The notes beneath the pieces are model-generated. The model searched no databases. It was not told where the DNA came from and saw nothing but the letters and a program-made list of their open reading frames with translations. A DNA stretch of 64,000 nucleotides from positions 81,487-145,486 of the forward strand of contig CAVQKO010000013.1 of the NCBI GenBank assembly GCA_963713075.1. The letters run 5' to 3'. The DNA comes from an uncultured Chloroflexia bacterium (GTDB lineage Bacteria > Chloroflexota > Limnocylindria > Limnocylindrales > CSP1-4). This document shows positions 1 to 9,874 of the stretch, piece after piece. The stretch's first letter is position 1. Each line of letters begins with the position of its first letter. The position numbers and the translations under genes are program-made.

Positions 1-103
1 GGGCGCTGGATCCGACGGCGGGGTCCGAGTCGTCGACGAGTGCGATGCGGACGAGCTCTCGGGCGCGCGCCTCCAACGTGCCCGCGCCGAGCGCGGCAAT
101 CCG
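1..103 (-). CDS. partial CDS (N-terminus only, continues past window start); Rossmann-like NAD(P)-binding N-terminus
   Basis: ATG at 101-103 (minus strand) with GGGAGG about 8 nt upstream. The frame is open to position 1. The N-terminal 'MTTRIAALGAGTLEARAREL' has a GxGxxG-like signature. The ORF is too short to appear in the ORF track. Confidence 0.3.
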
Positions 104-490
104 GGTGGTCATCTCCGAATCCTCCCAGAGTCGCTTCACCGGGTCCAGGGATTGGCGCTGCCTTCGACCGCGATCCGGTCGACGATCACTCCGGTGTCCA
201 CCGTCCGTGCGCCGCGTGACCGATGGCGATCCTAAACCCTCAACGCACTCTCACCTGGATCCCCATCGCCAGGCGGCCGTGTGGTTCCACCCGGCGACGA
301 GGACGCAGCCGACGTCCCGATCCGACCGCAGCGGCGAGCGAGCGCTGGAGCACGGTCCCATGCGGCGCTCCGGTCTGGCCATCGCCCCGCCAGTCGCCGG
401 CCGTCGGATCCGCGAGCCTCGCCGCGCCAGCTCTGGCGACGTCTCGGGGGTAGGCTCCCGCCTGAACCATCCATATCGGGAGTCGTGGCG

Positions 491-736
491 ATGACGGACC
501 AGCCGATCTTCTCGAGGATCAACGCCCTGGCATCCGAGGAGGAGCAGCTCTGGGAGCGCGCCTCCGGCGGCGGCGGGCTCGCGCACTTCGAGAGGCAGCG
601 CCTAGACACGATCAAGGTCGAGCTGGACCAGTGCTACGACCTCTTGCACCAGCGGGAGGCTCGTCGCACGGCCGGGCTGGACCCAGACGCCGCCGCCACC
701 CGCCCCGTCGACGTGGTCGAGCGCTACCAGCAGTAG
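491..736 (+). CDS. DUF2630-family small protein
   Basis: ATG at 491 inside track ORF 281..736, with GGAG upstream. The 81-aa product 'MTDQPIFSRINALASEEEQLWER...VELDQCYDLLHQREARR...DPD' matches the DUF2630 pattern (LDQCWDLLRQR) as I recall it. Confidence 0.55.
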   Translation: MTDQPIFSRINALASEEEQLWERASGGGGLAHFERQRLDTIKVELDQCYDLLHQREARRTAGLDPDAAATRPVDVVERYQQ

Positions 737-1356
737 GTCCGGCGGGACCCGATCGCATCCGGCGACGGGTCCTGGACCCTCCCCCGCAACGGGGCCACCC
801 GCATCCCGCTTGATGCTGGCGGGCACACGCGCGTCGCTGGGCTGAGATCATCGAAGCGACGTGATCCCTTCAAATGGCGACCGGACAACGCCCCCTTACT
901 GATTGCAGCGATTCCGTCGACGCCTGCTTGATATGGCCACGAGCGACGAGTACAAGGTCTGGCCAAGCCGCGGCTACTCGAATCGGTCCTCCCGTCATCT
1001 ATCGAAGCTCCCGTTGGCCGCGATTTCGTCCGGCGCCTCCGATGAGGGGGGCCTCTCGAGAGGTGGTGAGCCTCAGGCGGGACTCTCTGCGGCGCCCAGG
1101 GGACCCCGTAGGCGATGGCTCGCAAAGACGCCCCGCGAGAGGACCCGCCCCCGGGTGGGGGCCACTTGGCTGTCGGCATCGCGGGCTACCTCGTCGCTCT
1201 CGCCGCCCTGCTAACGGCCGCGGCCCTCCACCAGACGACGAGCACAGCATCCGGGAGACAGCGCTTCATCGATGCTGCGGTCAGCGAGGAGGCAGCGTTC
1301 GTCCCGCACCGGCCCGTGCTACACTGAACCCGTGTAGCACGGGAAGACGTGGGACA

Positions 1357-1602
1357 ATGGCCAACCTGACGATCACGGTCGACGGGCGACTCCTGAAGCA
1401 GGCCCGGATGCGCGCCCTCGAGAACGGGACATCGGTCAACGCCGTGCTCCGGACCTACCTGGAGCGATATGCGGGGGCCGGGAACGCCGGGGAAGCCCTC
1501 GACGGGTTCGCGCGGCTCGCCCGTCTGAGCGCGGCGAGCAGCGGCGCACGCGGTCGCACCTGGGCGCGAGACGAGCTCCATGACCGATCCGGTCTTCGTT
1601 GA
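1357..1602 (+). CDS. vapB: type II antitoxin, ribbon-helix-helix (VapB-like)
   Basis: Internal ATG of track ORF 874..1602. The product 'MANLTITVDGRLLKQARMRALENGTSVNAVLRTYLERY' is RHH-like. It overlaps the downstream PIN gene by 23 nt. Confidence 0.75.
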   Translation: MANLTITVDGRLLKQARMRALENGTSVNAVLRTYLERYAGAGNAGEALDGFARLARLSAASSGARGRTWARDELHDRSGLR

Positions 1603-2005
1603 CACGAACGTCTGGGTCTACGCGGTGGACGCCGCGGACCCGACCAAGCGGGCGCGCGCCCTTGAGGTCATCGCGCCGGCACCGGGCCGCGACCTCGTGG
1701 TCTCGTCGCAGGTCCTGGCGGAGTTCTGCGCCGTTGTCACCCGCAAGCTCGCGGTGCCGCTCCCGGCCGAGGACGCCGCGGCCATGGTCCGCGAGCTCGC
1801 GGACCTGCCCGCGGTCCCGGTCGACGGCCCGCTCGTCGTCTCGGCGATCGCCGCGAGCCGCGAGTGGCAGGTCTCGATCTGGGACGCCCTGATCCTCCGA
1901 GCCGCCGAGGCCGCCGGCTGTCGGCGCGTCCTCAGCGAGGACTTGGCGGACGGCGCGACGTACGGCACGGTGGTGGTCGAGAACCCGTTCTCCGCGGCCC
2001 CCTAG
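1580..2005 (+). CDS. vapC: PIN-domain toxin VapC
   Basis: The product 'MTDPVFVDTNVWVYAVDAADPTKRARALEVI...SSQVLAEFCAVVTRK' has the acidic residues in the spacing typical of PIN ribonucleases. It is paired with the upstream RHH antitoxin. Confidence 0.85.
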   Translation: MTDPVFVDTNVWVYAVDAADPTKRARALEVIAPAPGRDLVVSSQVLAEFCAVVTRKLAVPLPAEDAAAMVRELADLPAVPVDGPLVVSAIAASREWQVSIWDALILRAAEAAGCRRVLSEDLADGATYGTVVVENPFSAAP

Positions 2006-2163
2006 GGGTCCCCGCGGCGCGCAGCCTCGGCCGCCGCTGCTTTGCCGGCGCCCGGAGCGGTCCTCCTGGCCGCACCATGGGAACGTCCCACCCCGGTGCG
2101 TTGAGATGCGACGTGACCGCGTTCAGACCTACGACATCGTGTTCGACGTCGCCGGCCGCAGCG

Positions 2164-2484
2164 CTACGGCCTCCGGGAGTCGAGCCGGATCGTCCACTCC
2201 TCGACGCTGTCGATCACCAGATGCGACCCCAGCCACGGATCGTCGGCGAGCGTTGCTCGAACGGCGGCTTCCGAGTCGGCCTCGACCGCGAGCAGGACGC
2301 GGTCGGCATCGAGTGGGCCACCGAGCACGATGAAGCCGGATTCGACCAGCTCGTCCATGAACCCCGCGTGCTCGCCCCACAGGGACTGCTCGTCCATCGG
2401 CCGCGAGTGATCCCACGCGGGACCTGCATGGAGTTCTCTGACCAGGTACATCGTCACTGCCCATCTTAGGCCCGCGATGGTCAT
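2164..2484 (-). CDS. YciI-like (YCII-related) domain protein
   Basis: Track ORF. The 'HAGPAWDH...FMDELVESGFIVLGGPL...AVEADSEAAVRATLADDPW' pattern fits the YciI family. The start is ambiguous between 2484 and 2451. Confidence 0.6.
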   Translation of the reverse strand: MTIAGLRWAVTMYLVRELHAGPAWDHSRPMDEQSLWGEHAGFMDELVESGFIVLGGPLDADRVLLAVEADSEAAVRATLADDPWLGSHLVIDSVEEWTIRLDSRRP

Positions 2485-2853
2485 GGCTTGAGCCCCGGTC
2501 GTGAAGCAACCCAGAACCGTTTCGGCTTGCGGCTCGTCTGGATGGATGCGATGCGCTCATCCATAGACCGAGGGGTCAGGCCGTCAGGAAGAGGTCGACC
2601 GGCCCTCGGCGGCCGCCCGGCGTCACGCGGCAGCCGCGGATCTGCCGGGTGCCGGAGGTCCGAGCCCTCTCGCCCCGACCAACCGGTGAACCGTCTGCCC
2701 CACTTCGGTCGCCGAGGTGGGGCTTTCTTGTTCGGTCCAGAGCGGTTGACCTACCTGGATCAGGGAGAGCGCCTCGGACGACGGCTCGGCTGCGCCTTGT
2801 GTCGTCGCGGCGTCGGCGGCTCCGCAGCGTCCGTTGGGCAAAGCAGGACTGCG

Positions 2854-3339
2854 TCAGCCCCTGAGATGCGCCAGCGCCGCGAGGATCCGGCGGTGGTCGT
2901 CGGGCGCCGGCAGGAGCTCGGGCTTCGAGCAGATGCTGGCGACGTGGGCCTCGACCGTCTTGGGCGCGAGGAAGAGACGATGGCAGATCGCCTGGTTCGA
3001 GCGACCCTCGGCCATGAGCGCAAGCACCTCTCGCTCGCGCTCAGTCAGGCCGTCGAGCGGCACCCGTGCGCGACGGCGACCCACGAGCTGGGCGACGACC
3101 TCCGGGTCGATCACCGACCCGCCCCGCGCGATCCGCCGGATGGCGCCAGCGAAGTCGTCGAGGTCGTCGACGCGGTCCTTGAGCAGGTAGCCGACATCTC
3201 CGCGCCGTCGGCGACCAGGCTCAGGGCGAACGTCGTCTCGAGGTAACTGCGAGAGCGCCAGTATCCCGACGCCCGCGCCGTGCTCGGCGCGGATCGCCTC
3301 GGCGGCCCGAAGGCCCTCGTCGGTGTGCGTCGGGGGCAT
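2854..3339 (-). pseudogene. N-terminally truncated NarL/FixJ (LuxR-type) response regulator fragment
   Basis: The ATG at 3339 begins inside the receiver domain ('MPPTHTDEGLRAAEAIRAEH...GYLLKD'). A linker and LuxR helix-turn-helix ('LTEREREVLALMAEGRSNQAICHRLFLAPKTVEAHV') follow. Translated by hand, the in-frame upstream codons read 'AGLRVVDIRMP', the conserved phospho-acceptor strand, but contain no ATG/GTG/TTG. The remaining upstream sequence is unrelated and overlaps the end of the 3390..3914 gene. Confidence 0.5.
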
Positions 3340-3389
3340 CCGGATGTCGACGACGCGGAGGCCTGCTGCGCGACACCTGCCTCCGGCCG

Positions 3390-3914
3390 TCAGGAGTACA
3401 GCGACAGTGCGATCTCGAGCAGCTGGTTCGCCGGCAATGTGTCGCTCGCGACCAGGTAGAGCATTCCCGCGTCGTGCCAGACGACGACCGCGGGCGGTCG
3501 GCCGTCGATGTCGTCTGGCTCCGGCTCGGGGCCGAGCTCGTACACCCGCCCCTCGTGGTCGGCGACCCGCTCGGCACGTCCGTCGCGGCCATAGGACACC
3601 TCGAGCGCTAGCCCGCGCGCCTCGTCCGCGGCGTGCATGGCTTCGCTCAGGACGAAGCCCCCGTAGTGAGCCTCGAGGGTGCGCGCCTCGCGCGCCAGCG
3701 TGCGAAGCCGGTGATCCATGACGTGGATGCGGAGCGACTGCAGTTCGAACCCGGCAGTCTCCGATGGTTCAACCGGTCGGAACTCCACCATGGCGCGCAC
3801 CGCCTCCCACGAGGACGCGGTCTCGAAATGCGTGTTGGTCTCGGACATCGGCGCCAGCGTATCGCCGGCGTCGATCAGCGGCCGAGCGTGGACGGGCGCT
3901 GGGCCGCGACGCAC
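3390..3914 (-). CDS. hypothetical protein
   Basis: Track ORF of 174 aa, non-repetitive and acidic, with no recognisable family. A GTG start at 3914 and an ATG at 3848 ('MSETNTHF') are both possible. Confidence 0.45.
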   Translation of the reverse strand: MRRGPAPVHARPLIDAGDTLAPMSETNTHFETASSWEAVRAMVEFRPVEPSETAGFELQSLRIHVMDHRLRTLAREARTLEAHYGGFVLSEAMHAADEARGLALEVSYGRDGRAERVADHEGRVYELGPEPEPDDIDGRPPAVVVWHDAGMLYLVASDTLPANQLLEIALSLYS

Positions 3915-4008
3915 GCCCGCCTGAAGTCGCCCTTCACCGCCGCCGCTCGCACAGGCATGTGCCGCAGCAGCCGGGCGATCCGCTCGGAGGGTGTCCCGCC
4001 GCGGCGAC

Positions 4009-4407
4009 CTATGCGCGCGCCACCAGACCCGGCCGTCTCAGGGCGAGGGCAACAATCCCCACGATGCTCACGACGGCGAGCACCGGGACCGCGGCCTTCG
4101 CCGCACGAGGTGGCAGCACAAGCTCGAAGAACGGCACCGGATCGCCCCACTCGGTCTGCAACGGCCCGACGGGGCAGTCTCCGTGACCGGCGACGAGCGC
4201 CCCTCCCTCGACGAGCAGGAAGGCGACGCCCGCCCAGACGCGTCGGCTCCTCCGCCGCTTCAGGGCCGAGACCCAGATGTCGCCGAGGCACCAGAGTTGC
4301 GCGACGGACCAGGCCGCGTGCACGACGCGCCAGGCCCGAGCTCGACCGCTGAGGGTGGCCCAGGTCACCTCCCGACGCGATGAGGGCGTTGGGCGGATCT
4401 CGCTCAC
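4009..4407 (-). CDS. possible small membrane protein
   Basis: Track ORF with two hydrophobic stretches (VAFLLVEGGALVAG; AVPVLAVVSIVGIVALAL). The region is otherwise covered only by Arg-rich artefact ORFs. Confidence 0.25.
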   Translation of the reverse strand: MSEIRPTPSSRREVTWATLSGRARAWRVVHAAWSVAQLWCLGDIWVSALKRRRSRRVWAGVAFLLVEGGALVAGHGDCPVGPLQTEWGDPVPFFELVLPPRAAKAAVPVLAVVSIVGIVALALRRPGLVARA

Positions 4408-4742
4408 AGGGCCGGGACCGCCGACGCTGGCGGATTCGGGCGGCCAGCCTCAACGCGGGCCTTGTTGCCGAGCAGCATGCACCTCTCCATGCAGTGGTGG
4501 AGCAGCTTGTCGGGACCGCGCCCTGCGCAGCGCCGCCCCTCGGCGAGCGCTGGGCCAGCTGAGGACAGGCCTTCATCCTACCCGCGGGACTGAAGGCAGC
4601 GGATGCGCGGGGCGGGCTGCGGAGCCCGGCCGGTCGAGCCGGGTTGTGCTTCTGCGGCAGCAAGCGCATCCTTGGTCCCGTCCGACCCCTGCGCCGATGC
4701 CTCGGCCCCTCGAGACTGCGTCCGGTCGGCGAAAGGCATCCC

Positions 4743-5609
4743 ATGCCGCTCAACCCCAGCCCTGCTCACGCGGCCGAGCAGGACGACGACCCTCGCCTCA
4801 TCCCCAGCCCTCGACAGGCCGCCGCGCGCGAGGTCGGGGCTTCGGCGGCGACCTCCGACGGCGCGGGCACAGACCGGTTGGCAGAGGACGAGCGCCTCCC
4901 GCCCGATGCGGCGGCCGACGCCGACGACAGGCCTTTGCGCGTGCTCGTGGTCGACGACCATGAGGTCGTCCGCGAGGGGCTCGTCGCGCTGCTGGGCAGG
5001 CGCCCCCGGTTCCAGGTGGTCGCGCAGGCTGGCACCGTGGCCGGCGCGATCATCGAGGCGCGCCGCTTTGAGCCCGAGCTCGTGCTCATGGACGTGAGCC
5101 TGCCCGACGGGTCGGGGATCGACGCCTGCCGCGCGATCCGTGCCGAGCTCCCGGGTACGCGAGTCGTCTTCCTCACGAGCTCGCCCGAGGAGGAGGACGT
5201 CTTCGCCGCGATCCTCGCGGGCGCGACCGGCTACGTGCTCAAGCAGTCCCGCGCGCGCGAGCTCGTCCGGGCGCTCCTCGCCGCCGGTCGTGGCGAGTCG
5301 CTGCTCGACCCGGGCGTCACCGGCGCGGTGATCGAGCACATCCGCCGCATCGCCACCGACGGGTCCGCGGGCGTCGCGCAGGAGCTGACCGCCCAGGAGC
5401 GCAGGATCCTGTCGCTGCTCGCCGCCGGGAATACCAACAAGGAGATCGCCGGGCAGGTGTTCCTCTCGGACAAGACGGTCAAGAACTACGTCAGCTCGAT
5501 CCTCGCGAAGCTCGGCCTCGAGCGGCGCACCCAGGCGCCGGCCTTCGTGGCGGGCCACCGACGCGAGCTGGGCGACCTCGATCGACAGGCCTCGGCCACA
5601 CGCCCCTGA
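4743..5609 (+). CDS. NarL/FixJ-family response regulator (receiver plus LuxR helix-turn-helix)
   Basis: ATG at 4743 with GAAAGG 8 nt upstream. The receiver 'RVLVVDDHEVVREGL...LVLMDVSLPDGSG...VVFLTS...GYVLK' and helix-turn-helix 'LTAQERRILSLLAAGNTNKEIAGQVFLSDKTVKNYVSSILAKL' are both present. There is an acidic N-terminal extension of about 60 aa. Confidence 0.8.
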   Translation: MPLNPSPAHAAEQDDDPRLIPSPRQAAAREVGASAATSDGAGTDRLAEDERLPPDAAADADDRPLRVLVVDDHEVVREGLVALLGRRPRFQVVAQAGTVAGAIIEARRFEPELVLMDVSLPDGSGIDACRAIRAELPGTRVVFLTSSPEEEDVFAAILAGATGYVLKQSRARELVRALLAAGRGESLLDPGVTGAVIEHIRRIATDGSAGVAQELTAQERRILSLLAAGNTNKEIAGQVFLSDKTVKNYVSSILAKLGLERRTQAPAFVAGHRRELGDLDRQASATRP

Positions 5610-5743
5610 GTCCAGGGCGCGACAGCCGCCGACCAGGTGGATCTCGGCGGGTCTCGGCGTGGCGCCATCGCCCGGTCGCTCGTGCCGCGGATGGGCAATG
5701 GGCGAGCCGCGACGCCCACCCGGACCGTGCCATCCTAGAGCGC

Positions 5744-6127
5744 GTGACTGAGCCCCCGGCTGCCGACGAGACGCGTACCGATCGCTGGCTGTGCGCGGTG
5801 CGCCTCGTGAAGACCCGCCCGCTTGCGACGCGATTGTGCGAGGGCGGCCACGTCCTCGTGAATGGACTGCCGGCGAAGCCGTCGACGAAGGTCCGCGCGG
5901 GAGATCGCGTGGAGGCCCGAATCGCGGACCGCGAGCGCGTCGTCGAGGTCGTGCGGCCGATCGAGTCCCGTGTCGGGGCCCCCGCCGCCGCGACCTGCTA
6001 CGTGGACCACAGCCCGCCGGTCGTGCCGGAGACCGGGCCGAAGGTCATGGTCGTGCGTGGGGAGGGTCGGCCCGGCAAGCGTCTCCGGCGCGAGCTCGAG
6101 CGCCTGCGCCGGGCTGCTGACCCCTGA
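5744..6127 (+). CDS. S4-domain RNA-binding protein (Hsp15-like)
   Basis: GTG start. 'DRWLCAVRLVKTRPLATRLCEGGHVLVNGLPAKPSTKVRAGDRV' is an S4 fold signature. Confidence 0.7.
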   Translation: MTEPPAADETRTDRWLCAVRLVKTRPLATRLCEGGHVLVNGLPAKPSTKVRAGDRVEARIADRERVVEVVRPIESRVGAPAAATCYVDHSPPVVPETGPKVMVVRGEGRPGKRLRRELERLRRAADP

Positions 6128-6179
6128 GTCCGGTGATCGCGCAGCGACGGCACGCCGCAGTGCGCGCTGACCAATCCGC

Positions 6180-7427
6180 TCAGCGCGGCCCGGATGGCGA
6201 GCGGCGTCGACCGGCTGTCGCCGCCGGCTGCTCGAGGAAGGGCCGCTCCTCCGGGGCGATGTGAGGTGCCCACTCGAGACGGTCCGCGCTCGCGAAGCGC
6301 AGGTACGCGCGGAGTGCGTCGTGCATGGCGTCGACGAACCCGTCCGCGCGGCGTGGCGCGAAGCCGTCCTCCCACCAGATGTCGAGGACTTGCACAACGC
6401 CCTCGTCTCGATTGATGCGGGGCTCGATCCTTCCGACGAGGCGGTCGCCGAAGACGATCGGGAGCACGTAATAGCCCCAGCGGCGCTTCGTCGGTGGAAA
6501 GAAGCCCTCCCACACGTAGTCGAAGTCGAATAGGCTCGCGAGGAGGGCGGTGTCCCACAGCAGCGAGTCGAACGGGGCGATGAACGCGACCGAGGGCGTC
6601 GGCTCCGGCGGCGCCTGCAGCAGCGCGAGCTCCTCGCGGAGGACGAGGCGCGTGCCGCGGACGCCCTCGACGTCGACGGCCACGAGCGTGCCGAGCTCGA
6701 CCAGCTCCCTGCGCAGCTCGTTGCGGTCCGCCGGGTCGGCGATGCGGGCGAACGTGCCGCCGGCGCCGCCGGGACCGAGCAGGCCGTGCGCGCGGTAGCG
6801 GGACAGGAGCTTGTGCCGAAGCTGGTCGCGGACGGGCACCTCCTGCGCGAGCACGTCGACCGGAAGCAGACGTTCGACGAGGTCGTAATAGCGGACGTTG
6901 CCTTCGCGCCGGGCGAGGCCGACCACGCCGGCGACGGTGTACGCCTCGAGCACCGAGCGGACCGCGTTCTCCGGCATCCCGAACCAGTTCTTGGTCGCTC
7001 CGGCCTCGCCCTCGAAGTCGCGTGATGACAACGGTCCTTCGGCGCGAATCCTCTCGAGCACGCGCTCCGCGACCGCTGCGTTCGCGCCGAGGGCTGCGGC
7101 ATGGAACTGCCGCCCCTTTCGGCCTGAGCTTGACCGGAACCAGGGAACCTCGCTCATGGGGATGAATGACAGGGCCTTGTTGGTCGTCTCGAAGATCTCG
7201 CCGCGCTCGTAGAGCACGTCGCACCAGGCGGGCTCGTAGTCGGCGACGCGCGCGTGCAGCACGAGGTCGTGGCTCCGGCCGGCGACCGCAATCGGGTCGA
7301 ACTGGATCGACCCGAGTCGCCGGAAGACCTCGAGGACACCGTCGAGGCCTCCCGCGAGAGACCGCGCGGGCGCGAGGAAGTGCCGTGCGACAAGGAAGCG
7401 ACGCGCCGCCTCGGCAGTGACCTTCAT
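6180..7427 (-). CDS. YcaQ-family winged-helix DNA-binding protein (DUF1006; cryptic DNA glycosylase family)
   Basis: Track ORF 6180..7493. The probable start is the internal ATG at 7427 ('MKVTAEAARRFLVARHFL'). Conserved blocks 'LGSIQFDPI', 'YYVLPIVFGDRLVGRIEPRINR' and 'VLDIWWED' are present. Confidence 0.75.
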   Translation of the reverse strand: MKVTAEAARRFLVARHFLAPARSLAGGLDGVLEVFRRLGSIQFDPIAVAGRSHDLVLHARVADYEPAWCDVLYERGEIFETTNKALSFIPMSEVPWFRSSSGRKGRQFHAAALGANAAVAERVLERIRAEGPLSSRDFEGEAGATKNWFGMPENAVRSVLEAYTVAGVVGLARREGNVRYYDLVERLLPVDVLAQEVPVRDQLRHKLLSRYRAHGLLGPGGAGGTFARIADPADRNELRRELVELGTLVAVDVEGVRGTRLVLREELALLQAPPEPTPSVAFIAPFDSLLWDTALLASLFDFDYVWEGFFPPTKRRWGYYVLPIVFGDRLVGRIEPRINRDEGVVQVLDIWWEDGFAPRRADGFVDAMHDALRAYLRFASADRLEWAPHIAPEERPFLEQPAATAGRRRSPSGPR

Positions 7428-7556
7428 GTGGACGACACTAGCTCGCAGCGGCCGACCGCGCTTGCTGGCCCCACCGCGGCTTCCGGCCGCCATCCCCGCT
7501 GGGAATGAGCGCGAGACCGGGGACCGTCGAGGCCCTGAGCCGGCATACCCGGACCC

Positions 7557-8198
7557 TCAGCGCGAGAAGGTCAGGTGCGTCACCCGGCTCGGGGCGGCGT
7601 CCGACGTCACGCGGTAGCCGTCCTCGAACCCGCGGAGGTCGTCCCACAGGCGGATGCCGCGGCCGAGCAGGATCGGGACGATGGCGACGTGGAGCCGGTC
7701 GACGAGTCCTGCCTTGAGGAACTCGCGCACCACGGTCGGGCCGCCGCCGATCCGCACGTCCTCGCCGCCCGCTGCCTCGGTCGCGAGGTCGAGCGCCTCG
7801 CGGGGCGTCGCGGACAGGAAGCGGAAGGTCGTGCCGCCCGCCATCTCGAGCGCCGGGCGCGGGCTGTGAGTCATCACGAACACAGGGCAGTGGAACGGGG
7901 GCTCGTCGCCCCACCAGCCGCGCCAGTCCGGGTCGTCCGCGGCGGCGTGGAGCCCGAACATGCCGGCGCCCATGATCTCCGCGCCGACCTCGGCGAAGTA
8001 CGCCTGCGCGTACTCGTCGTCGACGCCGGTCGTCCCCTCGCCCGAGGTGTCGTGCAGCACTCGGGCCCGGAAGGTGCGGGTTGCGACGTAGGCCTCGACC
8101 AGCCGCGCCCAGTCTGGACCGAACGGGTTCTCGGGCGTCTGGTCGGTTGTCGTCGCGAAGCCGTCCAGGGAGATGTTCAGGTCAACACGCACGGCCAT
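7557..8198 (-). CDS. dihydrofolate reductase family protein (RibD C-terminal domain)
   Basis: ATG at 8198 with GGAGGG 7 nt upstream. 'MAVRVDLNISLDGF...HCPVFVMTHSPR...DVRIGGGPTVVREFLKAGLVDRLHVAIVPILLGRG' matches the RibD_C / YwjB-like fold. Confidence 0.75.
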   Translation of the reverse strand: MAVRVDLNISLDGFATTTDQTPENPFGPDWARLVEAYVATRTFRARVLHDTSGEGTTGVDDEYAQAYFAEVGAEIMGAGMFGLHAAADDPDWRGWWGDEPPFHCPVFVMTHSPRPALEMAGGTTFRFLSATPREALDLATEAAGGEDVRIGGGPTVVREFLKAGLVDRLHVAIVPILLGRGIRLWDDLRGFEDGYRVTSDAAPSRVTHLTFSR

Positions 8199-8371
8199 CG
8201 ACGTCCCTCCGGAGCGACTGGTTGCAGGCACAGCAGTATGCCAATCATCAGTGCTGACCGACCAAGCGCGCCGTCGTCCCCCGGGCTCGGGGTCGGCGGG
8301 CCGCGCCGGCTGGCCGGCCGGCCGGGCGATGCCGTCGGGCCCGTGCAGGAGCTACCAGCCTGCCCGCGAGT

Positions 8372-8884
8372 TCATGCCCGAAGGGCAGCATCGAGTTGCT
8401 GCTGGAGCTCGTCGAGCCGTCGGCGTCCTGGCGCGCTCGGCGGGACGCGCCGGACGAGGTCGCGAATCGCGGGCGAGGCGTGCTCGACCGCCCGGCGGAC
8501 CTCCTGGTCTGCCGCTGCCGGGTCGCCGCCGGAAGCCAGATCCCGGGCGAGCGCCGCGTACGCCGCTGACCCGAGGATGTGACCCGACGTGCCGACCGTC
8601 GTCTCGCCGTGGATGTTGGCGGCTGCCGCCGCCAGACTGGCCGCCCGCGCGACGGCCAGGCCAAGCGGGTCGCCGACCTCGCGCCCGGCCCTGTGCGCGG
8701 CCAAGGCGACCTGGAAGAGCCGCCTGGTGCGCCGCCCGCCGTCCGCGAACGCGCGTGCAGCCTGGATCGCCTCGCGTGGGCGCCCGTCGCCTGGCGCGAT
8801 CGCCTCGAACAGCGGAAGCACCCGCTCAGCGGCGTCGGCGGCCCAGCGAGCGACGTCGCGGCGCTCCTCGTCGGTGATCGCCAT
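8372..8884 (-). CDS. hypothetical protein
   Basis: Track ORF 8372..8920 with an internal ATG at 8884 ('MAITDEERRDVARWAADAAERVLPLFE'). It looks like a conserved actinobacterial hypothetical. Function unknown. Confidence 0.45.
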   Translation of the reverse strand: MAITDEERRDVARWAADAAERVLPLFEAIAPGDGRPREAIQAARAFADGGRRTRRLFQVALAAHRAGREVGDPLGLAVARAASLAAAAANIHGETTVGTSGHILGSAAYAALARDLASGGDPAAADQEVRRAVEHASPAIRDLVRRVPPSAPGRRRLDELQQQLDAALRA

Positions 8885-9041
8885 GCCCGGATCGTAGCCG
8901 TCCCGCGCCCGCGCTGGCACGGGCCCGATCGACGAAGCGGAGCACAGCTACGGGACGGCCGACACGACCAAGCCGGCGATCGGGTCGAGGTGAACCAGCA
9001 ACCACCGGGGGCCGGGCCGCCGCCTCGGCGACCGTCCCGTC

Positions 9042-9341
9042 TCAGCCGAGCCGGGCCGCGATCTGCTGCGGCGAGGCGAGCGAGGGCCCTTCCTCCCGGG
9101 TCACGGCGGCGAAGAACTCGCACCGCATGCAGTTGGTCAGCTTGCTCGCGAAGCTGCCCTGGACGACGCCGCCGCACAGGGTGCCCGCGATCGCCCAGCA
9201 GGCCCGCCCGCCATTCCGGCCACCGTTGACCCCGGTGGCACGCGTTTCCGAGGACGCAACGCAGACGCCGAGCTCTGCGGCCTTCGGTCCGCCGGGCTGG
9301 CGGCCGCAGTTCTTGAATTCCCAGCAGTTCTGCTTCGACAT
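9042..9341 (-). CDS. small cysteine-rich protein with two Cys-Trp motifs (two-CW-domain-like)
   Basis: ATG at 9341 with GGAGA 6 nt upstream. The product is 'MSKQNCWEFKNCGRQPGGPKAAELGVCVAS...GRACWAIAGTLCGG...FASKLTNCMRCEFF'. It has seven Cys residues plus CW and CG motifs. Confidence 0.6.
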   Translation of the reverse strand: MSKQNCWEFKNCGRQPGGPKAAELGVCVASSETRATGVNGGRNGGRACWAIAGTLCGGVVQGSFASKLTNCMRCEFFAAVTREEGPSLASPQQIAARLG

Positions 9342-9621
9342 GGCGATCTCCACGGGCCGAGCCGCCGAGCGCGCCCGGGCGGTGCGCGCCGTGCCCTGTC
9401 CGGTAGTCGTCGGTCGAGGGCGCCGACGGCTTGAACGCGCGCCCTCGCGGACCGGGGGCGCCCGACCGCTCGCCAGGCCTGGTCATCCCGGTCGTGCTGT
9501 TGCCCCAAACCATGCAGGACGTCCCCCCCCATGTCGACCCACAGCGTCGCGTCCCTCGCGCGCTACCCGCTCGTCGGGGGCGCCTTCGACGCGACCTGGC
9601 TGTTCAGCGTCGTGTCCTGGA

Positions 9622-9640
9622 CCGCGGTACGGCCCTTGTC
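9622..9640. repeat. 19-bp direct repeat copy 1 (CCGCGGTACGGCCCTTGTC)
   Basis: An identical 19-mer recurs at 9716..9734 inside the 660-nt intergenic region. Confidence 0.6.
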
Positions 9641-9715
9641 GGCGAGGCTGTCCGTCGCCGCGCGGCGGACGGCCCCGTCCCGGGCGTGGCGCCCGGAGAC
9701 GTTTCCTGCAGATGG

Positions 9716-9734
9716 CCGCGGTACGGCCCTTGTC
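9716..9734. repeat. 19-bp direct repeat copy 2 (CCGCGGTACGGCCCTTGTC)
   Basis: See copy 1. The two copies are 94 bp apart. Confidence 0.6.
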
Positions 9735-9874
9735 CAAGAAGGCTCCGGCTACCGTCCGCTGGGCGCACATCTGCACCGAACTCGGCGCCAGTTCTCGTCA
9801 CGTGGCCGCAGGGCGGCCATCCGGCGGAAACGGGCGGGATACGGGCCGCGTGGCGCGGCAAATGAAGCTTATGG

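Noticed and set aside
3221-3592. Alternative frames upstream of the truncated response regulator as a possible frameshifted N-terminus
   Set aside because: Hand translation of the other two minus-strand frames shows no receiver-like sequence (no DD pair or VLxVDDH block). Truncation is therefore more likely than a simple frameshift.
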